From NCBI GenBank assembly GCA_964199315.1, contig OZ116698.1:23374001-23438000 (forward strand): a DNA stretch of 64,000 bases, read 5' to 3'. Origin of the DNA: Orbicella franksi. Its lineage: Eukaryota. The notes beneath the pieces were generated by a model. It searched no databases, had not been told where the DNA came from, and was given only the letters and a program-made list of their open reading frames with translations. Positions 39,401 through 49,419 of the stretch are shown in pieces (positions within the stretch are counted from its first letter, which is position 1; every line of letters starts with the position of its first letter). The position numbers and the translations under genes are program-made.

Positions 39401-42400
39401 GCCTTCTGGCTAAAACAATTTCGTCGTCGAAGCATGAAGAGCTGTCACCACCGCCTCTTCATGTCAGCTTAACAAGGAGAGTGGAACCAACGATAAGCCC
39501 TATGAATTCTTTGTCAAGTTTATCACTTATGCAAAGCATGCTAGTGTCAGTATTTTCACAATCTACCTCAGCACAGGAAATACAACCCACGCAAAGCCAT
39601 CCGTATTCTCTTACGAGTTCCATGTCATTACAACGTTTGCTATCATTACTCTCTTGGTGGTTTACCTCAGCACTGCAAAGGGAAGGCACAGAAAATCTCG
39701 TAGGTTCTGGGCGAAGTTCACCATTAACGAAATGTATCTCATCATCCATGTTTCCACTGCTTAGCTCAACACTACCCGTAGAACCCACAAAAAGCTTTTT
39801 GGATGCTTCAACAAGTTCTACATTGTTAAAGGTCAGTCCCTCGCAAAAAATGGGGGCCATAACAAGCCTGCCAGTTTCTTTGAGACGTTTGTCTTCAGGG
39901 CAACATACAGGAAATGCAGTATTCCCGCAATTAAGCTCTCCACTGGAAGAAAAAGTCACGACAAGCCCTATCAATTCTTGGGCCAGTTTGCCGTCAAGAC
40001 AACACCTAATGGAAGTATCGACTGTGATAAGCCCCTTGGATTCTTTACAAAGTTCGTCGTCAAGTCAGTATATCTTGTTGTCGCCTTCCACATGGCCTAG
40101 TTCAGCACTAAAAGAACAATCCACTACGTGCTATTTGGAATCTTCAGCCAGTTTGCTGTCAAGACAACAAATTTTATCACCAGTAAATTCGAGCGCTACC
40201 TCTGCATTGAATGTAGAATCAACGACAGACGTCGTCAATTTTTCAAGATCTTCATCTTCAAAGCATCAAATTCCATCGTTGCCCTCTCTACAGGTTAACT
40301 CGGCACCTAAAAATGAAATCACTAGAAGTTTTATGGATTCATTACGACCTTCTCCGTCAAAGCAAGAAATGGCATCTTTGTCTTCTACAGAGTTTAATGC
40401 TGCATCCAAGATACAAATCACGGGAAGCATTATGGGTCCAGCAACAACCACTTCCTCAAAGCATGACATGCCATCTTTGTCGGTTCCACAAGCTAGCTTA
40501 ACACCAAAGGAAGAGCCAAAGACAGGTGTTATGAGTTCATTTGCAACATCCTCGTCAAAGTTAGAAATACCATCTTCGCCTTCTTCGCAGTTTAGCTCAA
40601 CACCTAACTGCGAAATTACGAAAAGCCTTAGGGATTCAGTGAAAACTTCTTTAACAAAGCATGAAATGCAATCATTGCAGCCTCCAAAGGCAAACTCCAC
40701 ATCTAAGGTAGTAGACACGATAGGCTTTATGAATTCATCAAGAACTTCCTCGTCAAAGCAGGAAATGCAATCGTTGGGGTCTTCACACTTGAGCTCAACA
40801 TCTAAACTCGAAGTCACAAGAAGCCTTACGGATTCAATGAGGACCTCTATATCAAAGCACGAAAAGCAACCACTGCTGCCTCCAAAGGCAAGCGCAACAC
40901 TTAAACTCGAAGTCACAACAAGCCTAACAGATTCAATGAGACCTTCTTTATTAAAGCATGAAATGCAATCACTGCTGTCTCTAAAGGCAAGCTCCACACC
41001 TAAACTCGAAGTCACAACAAGCCTTTTGGATTCAATAATAGCTTCGTCAAAGCATGAAATGCCATTAGTGCCGTCTCCACCGCTTAACTCGGTACCTACA
41101 GTACATGTAGAACTCTCGACCACCATTATGGCTGCATTAACAACCTTATCTTCCATGGAAAAAATACCATCTTTGTCGTCTCCACAGGCTACATCAGCAC
41201 CGAAAGTAGAATTCATAACAAGCCTCTTGGAATCATTCAGGACTTCCTTGTCAAAGTCATCGCCCTCTCCACTGTCAAGTTCAGCACCGAAAGTAGAAAT
41301 AAAGACAAGTGTTATGGATTTGTTTTCCATTTCCTCGTTTAAGCATAGAACGCCATCGCTACCACCACAACAGTTAAGCTCAGGCGCCACGACAATGATT
41401 CTGGAGGATTCTATAACAAGCTCGTCATCGCATCATCACCCATTACCTACAACAGAATTCACGACAGCGATTATTGGTTCATTAACTGTCTCATTGTCAA
41501 AGCAAGAAATGCCATCTTTAGCGTCTCCACAAGCTAAATCGTTACCGAAAGTAGAAATCACGACAAGTCTCATGGAATCATTTAGAACTTCCTTGTCAAA
41601 ATCATCGCCCTCTCTACTGCCAAATTCAACACCAAAAGTGGAAATAAAGACGAGTGTTTTGGATCTATTTCCAACTTCCTCGTTAAAACATGAAACTCCA
41701 TCATCATCAACTTTACAGTTAAACTCAGAAGTCACGACCAGGATTCAGGAGGATCCTTTAACAAGCGCATCATTACATCATCACCAAATATTGGAAGTGG
41801 CATCCACGAAAAGTTTAAAGGTTATCTCAACAAGTTCGTCGTCAAGGCAACACGTGATATCTTCATTTTCTCCACATTTAAGCTCTTTAGTGAAAGTAGA
41901 AGCCCCAAATCGTCTTTTGAATTCTTCAAGAGCTCTGTCTTCGAGGCAACGCTCGTTATCATCAACGTTTGCACTGAAAGTAGAATCTTCAATAAACGTT
42001 TTGGATTCTTTAATAAGTTCGTCACCGAGGCAAATATCCCCACAGCCAAGTTCGGCAGTTAAAGAAGAACCCTCGACAACCCTTATGCATTCCGTTACAA
42101 GTTCACCGTCAGGGCATTACATCGTACTCTCAATGTCACCAAGGTTAAGCTCAACGCTGAAAGTTGAAGCCATGACAACCTCAGTTGAATCACTAACAAG
42201 TTCCTTGTCGAGGCAACATATACTTGCGTCGTCTCCGCAGCTAAGTCCACCACTGATAACAGACGCCGCCACAGCAAACATGGATTCTTCGAGGAAGAAA
42301 ATACTATCATCGCGTTCTTCGCAGTTGAACCCCTCAATAGAGGCAGAATACACCTCAGGGCTTAAAGACTCACTGAGACGTTTATCGTCAAGGCAACCCA

Positions 42401-45400
42401 TACTATCATCCACAGCTCCACAATTTAGTTCAGTATTGAAAGTTGACGCCACGACAAGTCACATGGAATCTATGTCAACAGGTTCGTTGTCAAGGTCAGA
42501 TAAGAAAGACAAGCTCTCCCCAAGCCTTGTGGGTTCTTTCACGAGTTCGTTGACAGAACCGTCCCAATACATTGTATTGTCAGTATCAACAGTGCAGACC
42601 TCAAAACTGCCTACGAAACCCTCGGCTAGCAAAGTCAACTCATTGCCTATTCCAAGTATCTTCACGTCGTCAATCTTTAATAAAGAGGATTATACGTTTT
42701 TCACTACTCCAACGTCTTCCCTGTTAAGTTCTACACCGACAATGGAATCGTCACAAAGATTTTTAATCTCATCTAGTTCTTTATATACTAGCGTGTTGCA
42801 AGAAAGATCAACAGCCGATCAATCGGTTAGTTATGAAAGACATTTCACCAATTCCTTAAAAGAGGGCGACTACTCTTTAACCTTGGTTTCCAGAGAGGAA
42901 AGGCACCAAACAGTTACTGCAATAATGGACGCACCAAGCATTCCTTCGTCAGCCTTAAAAACGCAAGTATCGATAATGGTTCCATCAAGTTCGGAACCAG
43001 CGTCAGTGAAAGCGGCTGCTGCTCCAACTCCGACAGCTGTTCAGGAAGAAAAATGTGAGTCATTCTCAGAATGTTAAAAAGTTAAAATGTTAAATGTTGA
43101 ATGTTTATAGTGGTCGATCGCTTAGCTGCAACTAGCTAGTTCTCAGGCATGCCACTTACATGTACACTGAAAGGAAGAAATATTTCAAATAAACATAATA
43201 GGCCTAAAAATCCTAACTGACGGAGGCAGACCAGTTGGCTATTTTCAAACATGACGGAGGAGTGGAATTAACTAGGGTCTACCGAGAAACAACTCTAGCT
43301 TAATGGTCAGCTCAGAGGAAAGGTTTTCCGTCGACGGAAAATATTTTTGCCCGTATCTTACAATAACAGATCTCTAACTCAGATAACATGATGCATATTA
43401 TGGTCTTTACATATCACCTATCGTAAACGTTAAATAGTAATAGTGTCTGGGACAGCCAAAGCCATTCGTACATCTACTGGATGGCAATACGTTATGACTC
43501 GCACCTTTAATTGTAAAGGAGAGAAACGTTTGTGCCATTTAACTTTTACCAATAATTACTCTTTCTTGAGTATGAAATAATAGGGAGGGAAACTTTGAAA
43601 GATGTTTAATTAAAAGTACTAGGAAAGGAAGAGGGGGCGAAAACCGTTACCCTGCTAACAGTGAGATAGGGCAAATTCATACTAATAAATAAATGTCTGT
43701 GTTCCTCTACAGCAACTGAGTGTCCTCCATGTGATTTGTCGCAGCGACCGAAAGAGAAGTACTGTTATAGTGATTATGGTATGTTCGGGGGTTTTCTACT
43801 CTATTTAAATTGATTTTTTACACGTTTAATTATTTTAAATAATCTCGAGTTTAGACCATTGCTCAAAAATTGTCTTGTTTCATATTTGAAATTTTGTAAT
43901 GTTTGAAACATAGTTCTCTTAATTGTTTTAAATTTTTAAGGTAGCCTCTTTGGCAAAAGTGACCAGCATCTAATTTCTCCTCATAAAGTCAGTGTAAAAT
44001 AAAACCTGAAACAGTTCACCAGAATTTGACACTGATCAGGAAGGGAGTTCTTTGTTTGAATGGTCCCTGATTGCCAACTTAGAGCGGTTTTCAATTGATG
44101 GTCGAGAGTAATCAGGAATTACTGTGGTTTTGATTTTGGTTTTACTGCGGTTTGTGATTGGCTGAGTAGTATAATTGGTAAGTAGTTCGTCTGAGTTTGG
44201 TTTTACGACACCCAATAGAAAACCGCTCTAAGGTGAAATTTTCCAGCCCAGTCCTCTTAGGCCAAAATTTATCATCAATAAATGATTTAATGATATAAAA
44301 TGAAAACAGCCAGGAAGATTAATTTCTGGTCTATAGATTAAAAGACATAAAGAAGCTTAGGGGATTCGGAGCCATTCATGAATTTGTCTTGTCAAACAGC
44401 TTCAGTAAAAATTCAAGTAAAACTGTAACTGTTTTTCTTATTTACAGCTGTACTTGTGAGAATCAGATCTGAAGCACTCGCAGTCGAAAATCAAACCTCC
44501 TATGCTACCAAAGTCAGGAAAGTCTACAAAACAAATAAACCGATGAAGAAGAAGCCGGAGATACGATTAAACCACGGAGGATGTAACTGCAGAACGGACC
44601 TCTCGATGAAAAAAGATTATCTTGTGTTTGGTAAACACGTTCCCTGGAACGGGACGATAGGATTCTTAGAGGTTAATAGAGACAGCTTTGTGACCGAATG
44701 GGATGGTACGTTAGAGAAGGAAATAGACCAGTTGGAAGGATATTGCTCACTGAATTCTATGATTCCTACTCCACGCAGGTCATCGACTATTACTTTTAGC
44801 TCTGGTGCATCTATGCATTCCGTGAAGAAAGCAACTACCACAGGTAGGTTATCTTATTCAATCCAGAAAGCAGAATGTTATCATCAAACAATATAAAGGA
44901 CAGTAAGCATCTCTGGTTTAAATTCACATCCACCGGAACACATGGATAGAAAACAAATTTCTGATATCTATTCAACAAATGATAATTACATTTCCGTTTC
45001 CTAACATCCAGCAAGCACTCTGACATTCTTTTAATCTAGCTGTTGCCATGGAGACATAATGTTGCTTAGCAACTTCTGATTTAATCCTTGGGCTCTGTCA
45101 ACGCGAAAAATAAATAATGTTTAAAAAAATGTTGAGCGCCGAACATAGATGAAGGTAAAATATGTTAGGTCATACGCTCGATCGAACCTCCCAATTAAGA
45201 AAAGTTGTTTGATGAGATACCCTTTTCCAAGGTCATAGAAAAAACGAATAGAACATAAATGTTAAAGGAAAATGTGTCAGTTGTCCAAATTTCATGTATC
45301 ACTAAGAACAGTTCAACGTGGAACGAAAAAGATGGGTTTGAAATCCTCGGCAGCGCTAAGTGACCGACGGCGAGCACAGGAATCAGTTCTCCATGTTAAG

Positions 45401-48400
45401 GTGACACTGAGAATGATGATAATTAGTGGTGATTGATCCTCGGCACAAATTAAAATAGTAACAGAATGTCGTTTGATTGACTTTACAGCGTTGCTGTCGA
45501 CTCGCAGTAACATTCAAGTCGAAACGCCTTCTTCACGTAATTGGACAGAAGCTAGTACAACAGAGCCTTCAGCAACAACCAGTGCGGTTGAAGGTTAGTG
45601 TATTTCTGTCCTCAGATTCCCCTCTTGCCAACTAGTTACCGGTAACACCAAACGTTTGAGCGCTTGAGAATTTAAGAGGTTACAGTTTATGACAGCAATG
45701 GCATCTGTAGAGCCATGCAAGAGCGAGAAGCCCATTTGTCTTAGCCTAACTAGAATGCGGTTCTTTCAAACTTACCCTCGTTTGAGGGAAAGTTTGAAGG
45801 GTTAGTATTAAGAAAACCCAAAGCCCCGTTCAGGGCAAATAAAAAGTCGTCTATTAACGATATGTGACTGCGCTCGTTTATTGAGTTCGAACGATTATGC
45901 GGCTTGTTGCTAGCTAGATGGTGTCTCCGCATTGCCAAGTAGATTGTGAATTTCGCATTCTCCATAGAGCCTTCGGGATTTTATCCGTTGCCTCATTTAT
46001 AAATGCCTACTCGCGCTAGTTGGTAGTACGCTACTTCTTGTTGATTCTGTGCTCTAAACGTTACTGTGACGATAAAGGAGCCAATTGTGGCTATAAATGT
46101 TTATTACCTACCATGGATATATAATATTTACTAATTTGTGTTAAGAATGTACTTTTATATGATCGAAAATTTTTGTCTAAACCCAAACATAAAAATGATT
46201 CTTGTTCATTTTCACAGAAAAATGTGGGCCTTGCGAGATTGCTATTAAACGAACCAGAGCTTACTGCACCAGTAATTTTGGTGAGTCAATTCAATGTCAT
46301 TATATCTCAATTTAACCATTGCTAGTGGCAACTCAGCAATTAAAGGATCTCAGTACAAGGGGAAAGATATGTCATTATAATCGGCGTCTTCTTTAGACGC
46401 GTTGTTGAATTTCGTCAATAAAAGGCGGGAAACAGTTTTTTTTTTTAAGAACGACTGGCCCATAACTCTACGCGCACCGCGCACAACCGAGGGACGCCTG
46501 AGGACGAGATAGGATTCTATAAGAAAAAAAAATAATGTAGATCCACTTCTAATGTATTTTTTTGTTGTTGTTGTTGTTTTCTCTCATTCTATTGCAGTGA
46601 TTCATGTCGAGATCTTGTCGGAGGCTATGAACGAATTTAATCACGACGCAAACTATCGCGTCCGCTTAATTCACACCTTCAAGTTGACAAGCGGAGTAAC
46701 AACAGTAAGAAGTGTCTGGATTCTAGGTAATCAATGTCACTGTCCTCTACTTCTCCCTGGAAAACAGTACCTCTTGATGGGTCGGCTGGGAACGCGCGCG
46801 GGCTCATCTGAGCCGATAGCAGAGATAAATCGACAAAGTTACGTCGAAGTATGGAAAGCATCAATAATTCGTCGCCTGCCAGCCTTAATGAAAAGATGTC
46901 CCTTGAAGACAACACAATCTTCTTCGCTTGCAAGGCAGACCACCAGATTAACCACGGGTATATTATACATTTCATATGTGTCATTTGATATAGTTTCAGA
47001 ATCTTTCGTGTTTAATCTGATTATATCTTAACTGATACCCTGCAAGGTCCCTTGGTCTAAACTGTTCAGTTGCCATCGTTTTAAGATTCGTTTTCGACAG
47101 AAATCCGATTAATGTTTTACAGGTCAGTGGGCAGAATTCAAATAACAAAACCCGGCAAATTTTATTGAGCAGTATTTACTTTTAGTTTGAAATATCTCAG
47201 CGTATAATAACGAAAAATAAACCAAACCTAGAATAGTAATCAACCTCAGATTTCTTCTTTATGAAAATTCTTATAACAATCCCTCATGCAAAGAGCAGTT
47301 GCTTTAAGTTTGTTTAAGGAATTCATATGTAGCCAGATAAATCATCGCTCATTTATCTTTATTTTTTTTCTTTTCTTTCGCTTGGTGAATCCGACTAATG
47401 TAGCCGCTGTCCCATCAACAACGGGACCACGAACATCAACAGAAAAGACTTCAAGTCAGTTGCTCACCACCACACAACCAGCATCAACACCACCAGGTAA
47501 ACGTAAGAGCTGAGTGCTAAGCTACATTATAATTCTCACAACTTATTGCTATATATTTCACTTCGTGTTAGTTCTGAGAATTTGGCGGCTCATCAAGACT
47601 TTTCCTAGCGTATGATGTTCTTTATTCTCAACACCTGTATACTCGACAATGTCTTGATATTATCGGGAGAAGGTGTAAGTTCATCACTCTGGAGAATCTT
47701 AATTTACTCTGTGGTAACCGTGCTAGTAAAAAAGCCAACATTGTGATAACAAAAAGTTTTTCAAATACAAACGAGCTTTCTGACAATTCTGAAAGTCAAA
47801 CATAGCTGTATAAAGGCTTTATGTAAATCTAAAATGACATGTTTCCAAGCCCCCAAGGTTCACGGAAAGAGAATTGTAAACGACATTGCGAAAACAAAGA
47901 GGTATCACTTTCATGTTCTACAGAAGTTACGGAGGGGCTCTGCATCAGTTGCGATCTTTCAGATGGCATTTTAGTACTATTTATTATATTTTCCGATATG
48001 ACCATATCTCTTTGAACAGAACACGCAAAGGCAGCAAATTTGTTTCTCTCCCCCTCCATGCATGTCCATGGTTGATGCAAAGTAGTCAAGTGGCAAGGGC
48101 ATTAGATTTCAGATCTGGCTGTTAATGGTTTTTAAGCCCTAGTCTTTCTCTAGATACTTCACCGCAGAGTACTTTGCTAGCGCTGTTACTTAGTTCATTT
48201 GCTATTTTACCTGTAATTGACGATTCCTGTGCTTTACTTACATACATTCTTCTCTTTTCCTACAGTAAAGTGCCGCCGACCCTGCCGAATAACAAAGAAA
48301 CGAAACAAGAGCTACTGCGAAAGTGATTTTGGTAAATAAGCCTACCTTAACTTGAGCAAGTGAAAATTGCTTTATATTTTCTTTCGAATGGATCCCAAGC

Positions 48401-48918
48401 AAATGCATAACCATGTTAAGAAAAACAAGAAGTATAGTTATTCGAGCATTGTACAGGCTCTTCTTTAGATTAAAGGCCAGGCTTAACAACAACTGAAACT
48501 CGTACCATGTTGCCTTTTCAAAGAACCACAGAAACTCATTTTTCAAGCTGTTTCCTCAAAACGTCACATCCTAGCATCTCTTTTAACCATACATGTATCT
48601 TTATTTTACTCTCCAGTTATACGAGCAAGAATATTGCGAGCATCGTTCAATGATAATCATCGAGAAAGAAAATACCTGGTGAGGATCATTAAAGTGTTCA
48701 AAAGCATTGTGGACCTCCAAGTACAGGAGAACATTTTCGTGGTAAATGATGTTTGCCAGTGTCCGAAATTGGAACTTCGAAAACAGTATGTAATCATGGG
48801 AACAGTGGAGACTATGTCCATCACTGATATTCGGCTGGTAATTCCCCCAAGACCGTTTGTTTGGATGTGGAAATCAAGGATGGAAGCAGGACTTGCATCA
48901 GTTTCCTGTGGTACCTGA
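27733..48918 (+). CDS. Giant secreted ADAMTS-like protein (ADAMTSL5-like architecture): signal peptide, TSP1, ADAMTS Cys-rich, spacer, 2 TSP1, ~2095-aa Ser/Thr-rich region, 3 NTR (C345C/TIMP-like) domains; 20 exons, ~3026 aa
   Basis: Phase-compatible exons: 27733-27755, 27858-27909, 29996-30153, 30259-30316, 30571-30679, 31178-31305, 33210-33345, 33478-33552, 33919-34085, 35444-35519, 35993-36355, 36770-43054, 43713-43778, 44448-44843, 45489-45593, 46218-46280, 46598-46957, 47404-47496, 48266-48331, 48617-48918 (sum 9081 nt, open frame). Signal MKDIQTVRFFLIAFVLVLWPNIIIT; WSVWSPCSRTCG; CNTQACPQRSKNFRDVQC; DGTQC; VGCDNKLES...DKCRVCGGNSTTC; IPKGSTSV; NGNRIVNWSG; IQIFGPTSENL; WGSWTACSASCGGG; WSEWGLWDDCSVTCGGG; three CxxC...YCxSD/NF/Y + CxC...Y-L/V-x-x-G NTR units. 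No metalloprotease domain. Exon 35444 has an alternative acceptor nearby. Confidence 0.88.
31719..32966. mobile_element. Foldback element with ~400-bp inverted arms bounded by (AT)n tracts; probably Penelope-like-element derived
   Basis: Arm 31898-32300 is the near-perfect reverse complement of 32532-32942; 231-bp spacer; (AT)n at 31719-31800 and 32941-32966. Each arm carries ctgatgaaggtctaagac[c/a]gaaacgtt. The foldback is seen directly; the Penelope assignment is inferred from this motif. Confidence 0.75.
33682..33845. repeat. Imperfect (GACT/GACC)n microsatellite; (ATT)n at ~33380-33416
   Basis: Direct reading: ctgactgactgattgactgact...ccgaccgaccggctgacc. Confidence 0.9.
34402..35195. mobile_element. 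Tc1/mariner-pogo-type MITE (794 bp) with TA target duplication
   Basis: TIRs cagtggcacctcgatttaacgaa / ttcgttaaatcgaggttccactg; TA on both sides (34400-34401, 35196-35197); repeated subterminal cctcgatataacgaa motifs; no transposase. Confidence 0.9.
43195..43310 (-). mobile_element. SINE fragment, same family as 3345-3510
   Basis: taggcctaaaaatcctaactgacggaggcagaccagttggctat...tctaccgagaa is the reverse complement of the body at ~3420-3505. Confidence 0.65.
44079..44231. mobile_element. Short MITE with TTAGAGCGGTTTTC termini
   Basis: ttagagcggttttcaattg at 44079 / caatagaaaaccgctctaa ending at 44231. Confidence 0.75.
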
Positions 48919-49419
48919 AGAGACTCGAATTTGATCTGCAAAAATATTCATTCGTAGGAGTATATGGTGGTGTATTGTCTCTGCCCCCCCCCCCCCTCCT
49001 ACACACAGTTTGATAATGTGTTTGTTACATGGCAAAAAAACTGCAGAACAGAGAAACTTAACAGGAAAACCATAAAGCTTATAGTATTTACTGTCCGAGA
49101 ATATAAAAAGATGTTTATTTACACGCACTGCGAGTGCCTGATGGAAAATTGCATAGGAGGTATTGCACAAGACCGCTTGCTTCCCGCGCGTTTGACTGGA
49201 AAAGCTTACGTTTCGTATGAGCGTGTGGTATAATACGTGTCTTAATCATAGCATTTACAAATTCCTCCAATGTGACTGTTACATAAACTGCTACATCAGT
49301 TTTGCTTTAATTAATCTGCAAAGTTGTAATCGGACGGTGTAATTGGACAGTTGGCTGTAGTCCAACACGTTGAATGTTATTTTAGTTTTGTTTTGAAAAA
49401 ATTAAGTAATAAACTTAAA

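Noticed and set aside
39459-42452. Long antisense ORFs (171, 374, 99, 111 aa) opposite the giant exon
   Set aside because: Explained by biased Ser/Thr codon use and the 99-bp repeat; no independent domain or splice evidence.
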